DNA of 64,000 nucleotides from Monocercomonoides exilis PA203 (Eukaryota; Protista; Preaxostyla): NCBI GenBank assembly GCA_001643675.2, contig LSRY02000005.1, forward strand, positions 558,001 to 622,000, written 5' to 3'. The first letter of the stretch is position 1; every line of letters begins with the position of its first letter. This document shows, in pieces, positions 10,175-21,494 of the stretch. The position numbers and the translations under genes are program-made. The notes under the pieces are model-generated. The model saw only the letters and a list, made by a program, of their open reading frames with translations. It did no database searches and was not told the origin of the DNA.

Positions 10175-13100
10175 TCACTTCCGCTTTCGCCTTCTGCTGT
10201 TTTTCGCACTGTCTTTTGATTTGTTAATTTTAAGTTTCTTGTCCACATATTCATCATCATCTTCTTCTTTTCTATCATCATCTTCTTCAAATGAACTATC
10301 TATGCCTATTTCTTCATTGATATCGCTTGCATGTTGCCTTTTAGTCTCCTTATCTTTTGCCATTTTCCTTTTTGAGATATTGTGCTTGTCATCATTGCTT
10401 GAAATATTCGATAAAAATGAATCGTCACATTCCCCTTCACTTTCGAATTCCCTTTCTATTTTCTTTCCTTCATAATCTGTCTTTCCAAATCTTTTCATCT
10501 TATCCTTTCCGCTCTCTGTAATCTCACTCCTTTTGCCTTCCTCACTTTTGTTGGTTTTCGCATCGAGTGTTCTTGTCAATTGCCTTTTGCTCAATCTGTC
10601 TGCTCTAATAGTTTTTCCTCCTCCTTTTGAGTTCTTGGCTTTTGAGCATGCGTGTTTAATCTTTCTTTTGTTATATTTTGAAACTTTTGCGTTGTCATTA
10701 TCATTATCATCATCATCATCTTCTTCTTCTTCTTCTACTTCTTCTACTTCTTCTACTTCTTCTTCCTCTTCTTTGTACTCTTCGCTTTCTTTGCTTTCGT
10801 CCTCTTCATTTTCAAAATTTTCATCTTCATCTCCATCCTCCTCCTCATCTTCTTCATCTTTTTCATCTTCTTCTTTCACCTCTCCTTTTCCTCCCTTTTT
10901 ATTCCTGGATCCCTTCCCTCCACTTTTATCTGCGGCTGTTTTTGGCTTCTGCTTTGATTTATGATAGCAAGTTTTTTCTGTGTGCCTTGTTTTGAAGCAT
11001 CCTCCTTCTTCCTCTCCAGCTCCAGACTCAATTGTTTCTTCTTCCCTCGACTCACTCGTTCTTTTTCTTTCTGTTCTTGCTGGTGCTCCTCTTTTGTTTT
11101 TTCTCTCCATATTCGCCTTCGACTTTTCATTTCGATTTTTCGTTTTAAAAATATCTGTTGCTTCCATCTCGGCTCCTTTCTCCCCTTCTTTCATCCCTTC
11201 AACTGCTTCAATATCATCATCCTCTTCTCCATCACCTTCATCATCAGATTCATCTTCTGTTTCTTCTCTCTCTCCTTCAGGCCATCCTCGTTCTTCATCG
11301 CTCTTCTCCAAGCACGACGAGCAGCAAATAAACGAATAAGTCTTCGGAGTCTTGTATCCAAACCGTTCCAAAGCGCTGTATCCTTCAATAGGCACAAACC
11401 CTTCTTCCACACACTCGTGGCACCAAGAATAGGGGCAGAACAGACACCGAAGCAGCAGCCCTTCCGCCTCTGCCCCCGAACGATCACACACACAGCACCG
11501 GTGATGCAGGCAAATAAAACGCGTCGGCAGCCGAGCTGCTGCTTCCATGTAGCAGTCTGTGTGCATCGCCGAAGGGCACTGGTGGCAGCTGATCGAATGC
11601 CTCCCTTTGTAAACACCCGGGATGCTTTTCTTCGTGTGCACAATCGGCTTTCGCAGCTGCGGTCGATGTTTGTTCATTGGTACTCCTGGCTTCGCACAAG
11701 ACGCTGTTGAATTGTTTGTTGTGAATGGAGTCTTCACGCTTCCAGGCAAAGGCTCTGATGAAGTGTTGGTGTGAGATGGTGAGGTGGGTGCAAAGTCTGT
11801 TGCTGTTGTCTGAAGTGTTTGAGCTTCAGTTTTGTTATCTGATTCCTTCGAGGGTGCAGCTGCTGAAGATAATGAAGACACACAAGCATCAGCATTTGCT
11901 TCTGGATTAACACTTTCATTCTCCTCATTTGCTTTGCATTCGCTGTTGTTGCTCTGATTTGCTTCTTCATTACCAGCTTTTTCTAACTGATGTGTCTCTG
12001 CAGATGCTTCGCCTTCCTTTTCTCTTTTCTCTCTTTTCTCCTTTTCTTTTCGATCTTCCTCCTCCTTCATCATGTTGCAAAGCAGCTCAAGTTGGTTCTT
12101 CATCCCTTCAATCAGCTGTGTTGCCAGCTGCGCTTCCTTTGTTGGTCGCGTTGACACTGTCGATGACCGCAGGCTGCGTGTGCTGACAACAGGCACACTC
12201 AAACTTGACCGAGCACGAGAACCAGAAGCCGACCGGCTTGGTGCAGGCGATGGAGGTGAAAACAGATCATCTTCGCTCTCATTTTCGCTGACTTCTTCAA
12301 ACGGGTCAGAATCCATCTGTGCAGCATCCCCTTTCGTCTCGTCGTTGCACTCCTTGTCCTCATCAAAAAACGGGCTGTCGTCGCTTTCTGACAATTCATC
12401 TTTTGTTTTTTGTTCCTCACTTGCTCTGTTCTGTGATTCCTGAATTCTTCTTTCTTTTTCTTTCTCTCTTTCCAGTTCTCTTTCTTTCTCTTTCTCTCTT
12501 CGCTTGATTTCTTCTTCTTGTTTCTTTCTTTCTCGTTCTCTTTGATTCTTCTCCTCCCTCGCCATATCTGCCCTCTCCTTCTTTTCTCTTCCTTCTCTTT
12601 CTTTCCGCTCTTTCCGCTCTGTCACCGGTGAATCTTCCTCCAATCCCCGCTGGCAGAACACACAATACCCCACATGCTTAACCTTCTTTCGCTTCATTTC
12701 CTTTTCCAGTCGCTCTCTCCTCCGCATCTCTTCGATTTCCTTCTCTCTCCTCTCTTCTTCAACCGCCCACCTCGACACCTGCACCCGCCCAACCCCTTCC
12801 ACAACAACTGAAATCACCATCGATTTGTTCTTCCGCTGCATTCGCGCTCTTTTCTCCCTCCAAATTGCTCTCTCTCTCTTTTTGCGGTCTTCTTCCACCA
12901 TCTCACTTGCTGCTGCCAACGAATAATCCTCGTCTTCTCCGTCTTCTTCTCCATCTCCTTCTGACCCTTCTAATCCCTCTTCAACTGCGTCGCTCTCATT
13001 CTCATTCTCATTCTCATTCGATGAATCGTTTCCTTTCTTTTGCTTTTGCTTTTTCTCAACTTTCTTCTTGTTTTTCGTTGATCCCTTCTTTGCCTTCTTC

Positions 13101-16100
13101 CCTTTCCTGTTCGAAGAAGCCTCGCTTGAATTCGCACTTTCATCTTCCTCTTCCCCTTCCTCATCTTCCTCATCGGAATTATCTTCGTCATCATCGGCAT
13201 CACCTTCAGAAGAGGAAGAATCAACCATTCTTCGCTTCCCTTTCACTGCTCTCACATTTCTTCGACTTCCACTTGCCTTATCCTTTTGGCTTTTATTTGA
13301 CTTCCCTTTTTCTTTCTTCTTCTGCTCTCGTTTTTTCTTTTCCTCTTCCTTCTGCTTCGTCATCTCCATTTCAATCTTCTTCTCTTCCAGCGCCTCTTGC
13401 TGCAGATGTTGCATCACCTCCATCGTGAAGAAGTCGCTGTTCCCTGTTTTGTATCGCTTCCCCAGAAACGTGTGGAAGTCAAACGGATCGACAGTCACCA
13501 CAGACGAGCCTGCAATCTTCGCTTCCTCTGCATGGCCATCAGCAGACACGGAAGAAGGAGACAAAGACAGAGACACGTTGGCTGAAAAAGGCAAAGTGGA
13601 AGATGATGCTGATGAAGAGGCTGATGAAGATGACTGAATGAGAGACAGCAGCGTCTGCGCATCGTCAGATGAAGAAGTTGCCATGAATTCACTGGAACCA
13701 GAACTGTGATGCGATGATTCATTGGCTGCTTCGCAATGACTCGATTTCTCAACTTCCTTCAGAGAGAAAAGAGCAGCATCAGGCGATGCAGACGCAGGCT
13801 GCTCAGAAAACAGCGGAGATGGAGAAGGCGAAAGTGTTGGAGTCAGCATTCCAGATGAAGTGGACGATGAAGTGTCTGCAGGTGAAATGTCTTCATTGGT
13901 GTCTGCCAGGGCACGCTGTGGCGACGGTGCAACCAGCACAGGACTGGAAGATTTGGTTGAGGCAGAGTAGTTGGTTAATGCCATTGTCGCTCCCTCGTTC
14001 TCTCTTTGCACATTCAACAAGTCTTTATCTTCTTCTTTCGCTGGCTCATCTTTCGCTTCCATCTGCTTCGTCGACTGCCTCTCGCCTTGCTCCAATCGCT
14101 GACTCCCCTCCTTTTTCCGTCGCTGCTTCTCTTCTTCCTCGCTGATGATTTTCCTCGCTGTCTCCAGCGCACTTTCTGCAATCCCATCGATCACCCACTG
14201 CGGCACCTCCACATCCACCCCTGTGGTGTCATCAACAATCACACTCTTCGCACCAAACGCCACAATCTCACTCAAATCAGACGATGTCATCTGGTCCAAG
14301 TCATTCAGCGTGGGGTCTTCGTCTCCATCTTCTCCTTCCCCTGCTGCACTCCACTCCTCATCCCCTGCCCCTTTCTTCCCTTTCTTTTTCCGCCCTTTCC
14401 ACTCTCTCCCATCGTCTCTCAGAACCAGCGCCCCCATCACCTGCTTCCGCTCAGCCATCTGCACAACCCGCTCTTCACACGTGTTCCGGCAGATCAGCCG
14501 GAACACCTTCACACTCCTCGTCTGCCCCAGCCGATGCGCCCTGTCCTGCGCCTGCTTGTCCACCGTGGGGTTCCAGTCTGTGTCATACAGAATCACCACA
14601 TCTGCTGCCTGCAGGTTCAGCCCCAGCCCACCCGCTCGCGTGCTGATCAGGAATATCCACGGCGACTGCTGCAGCTGAAGATACGGATCCGTAAACTGAT
14701 TGAGTGTATGCGACTTCTGCGAAGACTGGTTTGAGAAAGAAGCAGCATCAGCATCTTTTTGCTGAGAATCGCTTTTCGCTTCATCAGCGCTGCTATTGCT
14801 GGGTGCTTTGTAATGCACATCATTCCTGTTGAACTTCGCAATGTCGAACACTCGCCGTGCCAAGGATGTCGAGCCATCCAGTCTCAAATACTGAAATCCT
14901 CTCTGAGAACAATACTCCTCCAATATATCCAAAGTCTGTGTGAATTGCGAATAAATCAACACTTTGTGTATTCGTTCGGGTTCAGAAGACGACTTCTGTT
15001 CTGCCGAAGTTGAAGTGACTGAAGAAGAAACTGTTTGCTTGTCGTCTTTTATGTCAGATTGACCAGATAGAATTCCAGTTTCAACTTTTGATGATTCTAT
15101 GGTTTCCTTTGAGAGATCAATTTTCAACTCGTTTCCTTCATCAACAGCCTTTTCGTCGATGCTGTTTTCAATTGAGTCATTGGCTGCTCGCAAAAGCAAT
15201 TCGTCGCCCTCATCTTTCAGCTTGCCAAATTCCATCTCATCAGCCAAAAATTCTGTTTCGTCATTTCTCAAGTTCATTTTCCGAGTTGTTGCAAAACTGC
15301 TTCCTGTCTGTCTTCCTCTTCCTTGTCCTCTCCTTCTGCCTCTTCCTCTTCCTCTGCCTTCTCTTAGCCTCTGCTCTTCCTTCTCCTTCTTCTTTTGATC
15401 CTCAATCTCAAGTCTTAATCTCTTTTCTTCCTTCTCCATTTCCTTTCTTTCCTCCTTCTCTCTCTTTAACCTAAGCTTTCTTTGCTCTCTTTCCCACTTC
15501 CTTTCTCCTCGTTCCTTCCACTTAAACAGATCTTTCCCTCCAAACAACACTTCCCCTTCTGTCTGCGATTCAATGCGGTCGTTCTCTTCCTTCATCTTCG
15601 TCAGCAGTTCATCCAACACTCTTAGCTTTCCTGACGATCTTATCAGAGCTTCTACACTCCAATCAACCTCCTCTTCGTTTTCATTCTCCTGCTGCTTGTC
15701 TTCTCTGAATCCATCGTTCTTCAATGAATTCACCTCTTTCTGTGCTCTGCTTTTGCTTCTTCCTTCTTTTGATGGTAATTTCGTTTCATTCCCGTCTCGC
15801 AGTGTTCCGTCTTGCGATATGTTCATTTGATCGTTGCTGAGGAACAGATACGGATGATTGCAGCACTTTCTCAAAGCAATAAGCAGATTAGACAGCGATG
15901 TTTTGAGAGGCGGTGAAGGAGATGGTGAAGGCGTGGGAGTGGGTGATGGAGAAGCAGATCGAACAGAAGGAGAGGAAGGAGCAGATGGAGATGGAGACAG
16001 AGATTCAAATGGATCAGGCGAATCACTCGGAGAAATCGGAGGCTCAGAAGGAGTAGAAGTTTCATCTTCTCTTTCTTCTTCTTCTTGGAACTTCATTTCT

Positions 16101-18700
16101 CGCTCGCTTTCTCTTTTCTGCTCTTTTTCTCTCTCTTCCTCCTCTTTCTCCCTTTCCTTCACAGCTAAACTCAGCAATCCTGCATTCATTTCAAGAAGCC
16201 TCTTATAAAAATGCACCTGCATCCTCGACAGAGGAACATACACTTTTACTTCAGCTTTTGGAGGAAGATTCAGAACTTGGCTCTTTAGTCGTCGAAGCAT
16301 CACCCGCTTAAGAAGAAGATGAGCAGCTCGCATAAGCGACAGATCAATGACATTCGAATTGGAACTGGAAGAGAAAGACGAAGAAGCTGATGAAGATTGG
16401 TCGTATGCATCCAGTCCGTGATCAAACACATGAGCAGAGACTAGCACTTCTGGATACAAAAAGTTCAGAAACGCCCACAGCTCATGCATGTTGTTCTGAA
16501 GTGGTGTTCCAATCAGCAGCAGCCGTCTCATTGACCTCAAGCGCCTAATGGCCTGCCCAACAAGCGTCCTTTCTGATTTGATGCGCTGACACTCGTCCAG
16601 AATGATGTAGCTCCACATCTGATGCTGCAGCCATCCTTCGCATGACAGCATCATATCGTATGTGGTGATCACTACATCAATTGTCGGGTCTCTTTGAAAC
16701 GTTCTCATCTGCTTTTCACGCTCCACATTCGGCCCATGCAACTGCTGCACCTTCAGTGACGGAGTCCACCGCGCCAGCTCCGCCTGCCACGTCGGCAGCA
16801 CAGAAAGCGGAGAAACAATCAGATGCGGCCCGCCTTCGCCCCGCTCGTTCTTCAGCGCAGCCAGAAACGCACACACCTGCACTGTCTTTCCCAGCCCCAT
16901 TTCGTCTCCGAGAATTCCACCTGAGCCGTTGTCGTGCTGCTTCAGCAGCCAGCACACCCCCTCCCGCTGATACGGGCGGAGTGGAGCTGTGAGGAATGGA
17001 GGAGATGGAGAAGTTGTGATAGATAGCTCTGATGGATGAACTGTTGGAACAGGGACAGATTGGGGAGGGTGTCCTTCATTTGTTGCTTTGTTCGATTCAA
17101 CTGATGAGGTTGCTTCAGTTTTAACATCTGTTTGCGCTATTTCAGTTGTTGAATGAGAATTTGGCCCTGATGTTGCAGTTGATGTTGGAATATCCATTTC
17201 ATTTTCTTCATCCTTTGTTTCTTCATTTGACTGTGTAACACTGTTATCTGATGCCTTCAGTAAATCTTGCATCTCGCTCTCCTTCTTCTGCAGCAGCTCT
17301 TTCCTCATCTCTTCTCTTCTGTCCTCCAACCGCTTCTTTTCTTCCGCTTTGAGCATCAGCCATTGCTGCTCAGGCACCCCAGGGATATGCACTTCATTCA
17401 GATCGATGCGCACTCCTTTCTTTTTCTTCTCAATCAGCTCCTTCACAGCTTCCATCACAGCGCCATGATCAAGCCCGGCTCTGTGGCACATCCTCAGCAG
17501 CAACGCTCCTTCCAGGTTGCGATCAACTGGACGCAAAAAGGGAACAAACACATCCCAATTCAGCGCATAGAACAGAATTCGTGTCCAGTAGAAGTGCTTT
17601 TGCTTCAGCGGATCGCTTGAGGGACGTCGTGTCGTTCGCTTTGGCAGCGGCATTGCCAAAGACTCGGAGGATTCTCCGGCTGAGGCCTGTGGTTGGCTTT
17701 TAACAGGGGCTGGAGGTGGAGTTGGCGGTATTGAATAGGAAAGGGCAAAAGACAGGGCGGATGAAAATATCGGTGTTGTGAGTGTTGGAGGATGGCGAAG
17801 CAATTGAGATGGATCATTGCGCAAATATCGAAACAGCGGATGTCCAACAGTAGTTGCCAATTTGCGAAACTGCTGAAGAAGATGAAGAAACTGCTCTTGC
17901 GCTGATTCTGGCAATTTTTTGAATCCGTCAGAAATTGTTAAATATGAAAGAGAAACAAGTGAGCGAGAAAGTGATTGAACCGCTGATTCTTCAGCTGGAG
18001 AAAACAAATGAGATCTCGATCGCAAAGAAATTTCGTTACTAAATTGAAGTTCGAATTGCTGATGAGGTTTTTCTTGTTCCTCCTTTTTATTTGACAGAAT
18101 AAAAGAATAGATCTCATCCAAGATCTCAGGAGAACGCAAATTCTTTGTTTGATCTTTGTGAGCATAATTCCCTCTCCTTTTTGTTCGAGTGGGCAAACTT
18201 GGAGAAGGATTTTGTAATTTTGTTGAATATTGAGGCCTTTGATAAGCGCTTGAAGATAAAGAAGGAATCTGAGGAAATGAAGGAAATGTATTTTGAGGCT
18301 TCACGATATTTGTTTGATTTTGTGAGCCTAGTGGCTTAAAATTAAATTGGGTTGGTTGTTGAATTCCAGCATATGGCAGAAAGTTTTGCTGAAATGGAGG
18401 AGAAGGATTTGGGCGAAGGTTTTGCGTTTCAAATAAAGGCATTGGTAGTTGAGGAGGAATAGGCGGTACGCGCATAGAAGGTACTTGAGAGAATCCTCCA
18501 ATAAAATTTTCTTGCCTTCGCGGAGGGCTAAGTTCAACGATTTTTCGCTGAACAGGTTTTTTAGGTTTTGGCTTTGCTTTTGCATAAACTACAGGTCTTT
18601 GAAAATTTTCTGCGAACATTTTTGTATTGAATGGAATTGGAGCTGTAGGAACAGCTCCGGCATTTTGAATGATTCCGGGATAAAAATAGTTCGGCAACAT
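10175..18700 (-). CDS. SNF2-family (ISWI-like) chromatin-remodelling ATPase with C-terminal PHD-type zinc fingers
   Basis: Motifs LRPYQREGV, GILGDEMGLGKT, ILDECQRIK, GTPLQNNMHELW, LRKCCNHPYLF, SSGKL, KVLIYSQF, YLRLDGS, FLISTRAGGLGLNL and QAQDRAHRLGQ. Cys/His cluster CHQC..H..C..CLHHRCCVC..RCLFC..CHEC..CCSSC. The first ATG (MLPNYF) is at 18700; the ORF-track start is a TTG in AT-rich sequence. Confidence 0.92.
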   Translation of the reverse strand: MLPNYFYPGIIQNAGAVPTAPIPFNTKMFAENFQRPVVYAKAKPKPKKPVQRKIVELSPPRRQENFIGGFSQVPSMRVPPIPPQLPMPLFETQNLRPNPSPPFQQNFLPYAGIQQPTQFNFKPLGSQNQTNIVKPQNTFPSFPQIPSLSSSAYQRPQYSTKLQNPSPSLPTRTKRRGNYAHKDQTKNLRSPEILDEIYSFILSNKKEEQEKPHQQFELQFSNEISLRSRSHLFSPAEESAVQSLSRSLVSLSYLTISDGFKKLPESAQEQFLHLLQQFRKLATTVGHPLFRYLRNDPSQLLRHPPTLTTPIFSSALSFALSYSIPPTPPPAPVKSQPQASAGESSESLAMPLPKRTTRRPSSDPLKQKHFYWTRILFYALNWDVFVPFLRPVDRNLEGALLLRMCHRAGLDHGAVMEAVKELIEKKKKGVRIDLNEVHIPGVPEQQWLMLKAEEKKRLEDRREEMRKELLQKKESEMQDLLKASDNSVTQSNEETKDEENEMDIPTSTATSGPNSHSTTEIAQTDVKTEATSSVESNKATNEGHPPQSVPVPTVHPSELSITTSPSPPFLTAPLRPYQREGVCWLLKQHDNGSGGILGDEMGLGKTVQVCAFLAALKNERGEGGPHLIVSPLSVLPTWQAELARWTPSLKVQQLHGPNVEREKQMRTFQRDPTIDVVITTYDMMLSCEGWLQHQMWSYIILDECQRIKSERTLVGQAIRRLRSMRRLLLIGTPLQNNMHELWAFLNFLYPEVLVSAHVFDHGLDAYDQSSSASSSFSSSSNSNVIDLSLMRAAHLLLKRVMLRRLKSQVLNLPPKAEVKVYVPLSRMQVHFYKRLLEMNAGLLSLAVKEREKEEEEREKEQKRESEREMKFQEEEEREDETSTPSEPPISPSDSPDPFESLSPSPSAPSSPSVRSASPSPTPTPSPSPSPPLKTSLSNLLIALRKCCNHPYLFLSNDQMNISQDGTLRDGNETKLPSKEGRSKSRAQKEVNSLKNDGFREDKQQENENEEEVDWSVEALIRSSGKLRVLDELLTKMKEENDRIESQTEGEVLFGGKDLFKWKERGERKWEREQRKLRLKREKEERKEMEKEEKRLRLEIEDQKKKEKEEQRLREGRGRGRGRRRGQGRGRQTGSSFATTRKMNLRNDETEFLADEMEFGKLKDEGDELLLRAANDSIENSIDEKAVDEGNELKIDLSKETIESSKVETGILSGQSDIKDDKQTVSSSVTSTSAEQKSSSEPERIHKVLIYSQFTQTLDILEEYCSQRGFQYLRLDGSTSLARRVFDIAKFNRNDVHYKAPSNSSADEAKSDSQQKDADAASFSNQSSQKSHTLNQFTDPYLQLQQSPWIFLISTRAGGLGLNLQAADVVILYDTDWNPTVDKQAQDRAHRLGQTRSVKVFRLICRNTCEERVVQMAERKQVMGALVLRDDGREWKGRKKKGKKGAGDEEWSAAGEGEDGDEDPTLNDLDQMTSSDLSEIVAFGAKSVIVDDTTGVDVEVPQWVIDGIAESALETARKIISEEEEKQRRKKEGSQRLEQGERQSTKQMEAKDEPAKEEDKDLLNVQRENEGATMALTNYSASTKSSSPVLVAPSPQRALADTNEDISPADTSSSTSSGMLTPTLSPSPSPLFSEQPASASPDAALFSLKEVEKSSHCEAANESSHHSSGSSEFMATSSSDDAQTLLSLIQSSSSASSSASSSTLPFSANVSLSLSPSSVSADGHAEEAKIAGSSVVTVDPFDFHTFLGKRYKTGNSDFFTMEVMQHLQQEALEEKKIEMEMTKQKEEEKKKREQKKKEKGKSNKSQKDKASGSRRNVRAVKGKRRMVDSSSSEGDADDDEDNSDEEDEEGEEEDESANSSEASSNRKGKKAKKGSTKNKKKVEKKQKQKKGNDSSNENENENESDAVEEGLEGSEGDGEEDGEDEDYSLAAASEMVEEDRKKRERAIWREKRARMQRKNKSMVISVVVEGVGRVQVSRWAVEEERREKEIEEMRRRERLEKEMKRKKVKHVGYCVFCQRGLEEDSPVTERKERKEREGREKKERADMAREEKNQRERERKKQEEEIKRREKEKERELEREKEKERRIQESQNRASEEQKTKDELSESDDSPFFDEDKECNDETKGDAAQMDSDPFEEVSENESEDDLFSPPSPAPSRSASGSRARSSLSVPVVSTRSLRSSTVSTRPTKEAQLATQLIEGMKNQLELLCNMMKEEEDRKEKEKREKREKEGEASAETHQLEKAGNEEANQSNNSECKANEENESVNPEANADACVSSLSSAAAPSKESDNKTEAQTLQTTATDFAPTSPSHTNTSSEPLPGSVKTPFTTNNSTASCAKPGVPMNKHRPQLRKPIVHTKKSIPGVYKGRHSISCHQCPSAMHTDCYMEAAARLPTRFICLHHRCCVCDRSGAEAEGLLLRCLFCPYSWCHECVEEGFVPIEGYSALERFGYKTPKTYSFICCSSCLEKSDEERGWPEGEREETEDESDDEGDGEEDDDIEAVEGMKEGEKGAEMEATDIFKTKNRNEKSKANMERKNKRGAPARTERKRTSESREEETIESGAGEEEGGCFKTRHTEKTCYHKSKQKPKTAADKSGGKGSRNKKGGKGEVKEEDEKDEEDEEEDGDEDENFENEEDESKESEEYKEEEEEVEEVEEVEEEEEDDDDDNDNDNAKVSKYNKRKIKHACSKAKNSKGGGKTIRADRLSKRQLTRTLDAKTNKSEEGKRSEITESGKDKMKRFGKTDYEGKKIEREFESEGECDDSFLSNISSNDDKHNISKRKMAKDKETKRQHASDINEEIGIDSSFEEDDDRKEEDDDEYVDKKLKINKSKDSAKNSRRRKRK

Positions 18701-18878
18701 GATCTTGACTAATAACTCATTTTTTTCTTCTTTAAAATGTTTTTGAAAAAAACATGAAAATCTTTTTTCAACAACAATAATTTTATGATTGAGAGAAAAA
18801 ATCAATTTTGAAAATAATGATGTCTTTTTAGTTATGGTTAGAAACAATTTTTGATCATTATTTATCGTTTAACAAGCA
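18701..18878. promoter_or_regulatory. Probable bidirectional promoter between SNF2 and GGTase-I beta
   Basis: Only 178 bp of very AT-rich sequence separate the two divergent ATGs (18700 minus, 18879 plus). Confidence 0.55.
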
Positions 18879-21494
18879 ATGCAGTTGGATCCTTTGCTGC
18901 AAAAACATATTTCCTTTTTTTATACTCTCATATTTTCACCTTTACCCTCGGTATATGTTGGAAACGATTCAATTAGGACAACATTTGTTCAATTCGGAAT
19001 AACGGGATTAGCTTCTCTGAACAGCTTGTCTATTTTATCAGAAACAGAAAAGCAAAGTGTTAGAAACTGGCTTATTTCGTGCTATTTACCTGGAAATGTT
19101 GAAATTGGAAAAAAATTACCAGAAAACATTATTCCTTCAGGGTTCAGGGGCTGTACATCTAGCGGAAATATTTTCGATGCAGTTAATGTATAAAATATAT
19201 TTATTAATGCTATGCATTTATCATTTTTCATTCTTTTGAAAATTTTCATTTGCAAAGCCTTCAAAGCAAGTCAGTTCAAATGATTATGCAACAATTTCAT
19301 CAACTTACTCATCGCTTTTATCGCTCAAAATGCTATATCCGAATGAGCCTCTTTCAAATTTTGTAAATACAAAGCAAATTGCTTACGATCTCAAGTTTTA
19401 TCAAAATGAAGACGGAAGGTTTGAATTTGATTTGAAAAAAATCTTTTTGTAACTTGTTCAATTATTTTTTTAAAAAAAAAAAATAGTTTTAACTCAGAGC
19501 CAACGGCATCAGATTCTGACGCGCGAATGTGTTTTTGTGCATGTGCATGTGCTTATTTATGCGGAAAAGATTTTGATAGTATTGACAAAGAAAAACTTAT
19601 TAATCATCTTCTCTCGCTGCAATCATATGAAGGGGGATTTGGCGGACGAGCAGGGAACGAGGCGCATGCAGGATATACATTTTGTGTAGTTGCTGCGCTG
19701 AGCATGTTGGGCGCCCTTGATCGAATTCGAGACAGAGTGTCGTTGGAGTGGTGGTGCTTGCAGAGGCAGAGAAGAAGGGGCTTCAATGGGAGAACACAGA
19801 AGCTGGAGGACGTGTGCTACACGTGGTGGGTCGGGGCTACTCTCAAACTGCTCAATATTGGTTTGCTTTTTAATTAGAATTTAATTTAATAATTGAGTTG
19901 AAATTTTTCATTGTTATAATTGGCATTTCATATATTAAAAAATATTAACATATCATTCTTCATCACTGTTACCCACTTCACAGAGCAATTTGCATCTCCT
20001 CTTCGTCTGCTGTCTTTCATTGCAGAGTGCGAAGATTGCTTCAGTGGAGGAATCCACAAGGACGAGATGTCATTCAATCCTGATCCACTTCACAGCGGAT
20101 TGGGGGTGATGGGGATGAGCCTATTTATGGACGCTGCACAGCAGGAAGCAATGGAAATCATAGAAGACATGGAAAAACAGAACAAAGAAAGAAAAGCAGA
20201 AAGGGACAAGAAAACGGAGAATGAAAAGGAAAAAGAAGAAGAGTCAGAAAAGCCACTTCTTGAAATAATAAAAGAATACAAGAAAGAATATTTTCAAATT
20301 CCGGTTGATGATTGGTATGTTCAAGTTGATCCTTTGTCCAACCCAGAAAATGCGAGAGATATGGATGACTTTGATATTATGGAGCTGCAGGAGTTGATAG
20401 ACGCGTTTTACGCGCCTAGTTCTGAAATGGGTGATTCATCGATATTTCCTACCACATCGCCTTCATGCTGCCCATCTTCTTCCTCCTCCACGCCTTCTTC
20501 TTCTCTTTCTGAGCTTCGAACTCCCTTGTGCCAAAATAACCCCCATCTGCTGGAGTACAAGCACCACGCTTCATATTGGATTGCGACACCTCCATCGCAT
20601 CTGAACAGCAACCCGACCCTTCCGATCAAAGCATCGCTGCCTGAAGACGACGGCCGAACGCTGGTGGAAGAGCTGCGGCTCAACGTTCCGCCGAGTCTGC
20701 GGTCGTATCGCCGCTACTCTTCTGTGTACAGCGACGAGCGCGTTGTGAACAGCCGCGTGTGGGAGCTGGTTGGAAGTGGATTGTGCTTTGCAAGGAGCGA
20801 TCCACTGCTTGTGATACCAATAAGACAGGTGGATGAGAAGGATACGGAGAAGAATGAGACTTGCCAAGCTCAAAAAGTTGAATCAACAGAGAAAGGGAGC
20901 AATGAGCAGGAAACAAGTGCCAAAGAGAATGAACATGGCAACGAGGGAACTTTCAATGCTATTGAACGAGCGATGACTATTTTTACGAGGGAGATCAAGC
21001 GAAAGATGGAGATCAAGCGGAGTATGAGAGAAGGCGTCGACACTGCAGTGCCATCAGACAGCAAAGAAGGCAGTTCAGCTAGCTCTGGTGAAGCAAGCGA
21101 AAGTGAGGCAAATCAAAAGGAAAAAGAAAAAGAAGAAGAAGAAGAAGAAGAAGAAGATAAAAAAGAAGAAGAGGAAAAAGAAGAAGAGGAAAAGGAAGAT
21201 CCAAAAGCAAAATATGATCGAGAATTTGCAGAAAGAAAGAGAAAAGAAGCGGAAATTAAGCAGCACATTGAAGATGAGAAGAAGAGATTGGAGAAGATGG
21301 GCCAGCAGTTTGCTGAGATGTGTGAAAAGGAGATAAAATGCGACTGGCAAAGAAAGCGGTTCCACGATGGACTGATTATTCAATCAAAGAGGAATCAGAT
21401 GAAGGAAGAAGAAGACAGACTCAGCAACAACTTGAAAGAGTTCACAAAGGAAGCACTGAACCAACTTTCGCAGATTGGGCACAAGAATTTATGA
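18879..21494 (+). CDS. PGGT1B: Geranylgeranyltransferase type I beta subunit, 4 exons (18879-19187, 19258-19418, 19487-19860, 19984-21494), with long C-terminal extension
   Basis: Three GT-AG introns join the frames into GFRG, QNEDGSF, DARMCFCA, QSYEGGFG, EAHAGYTFC, GFNGRTQKLEDVCYTWWVGATLKLL and PDPLHS (Zn ligands D, C, H). VGATLKLL and GFRG favour GGTase-I over FTase or RabGGTase. The intron-1 acceptor could alternatively be at 19266. Confidence 0.82.

Noticed and set aside
18701-18847. N-terminal extension of SNF2 given by the ORF track
   Set aside because: Begins at a TTG in AT-rich intergenic sequence; the ATG at 18700 is more plausible.
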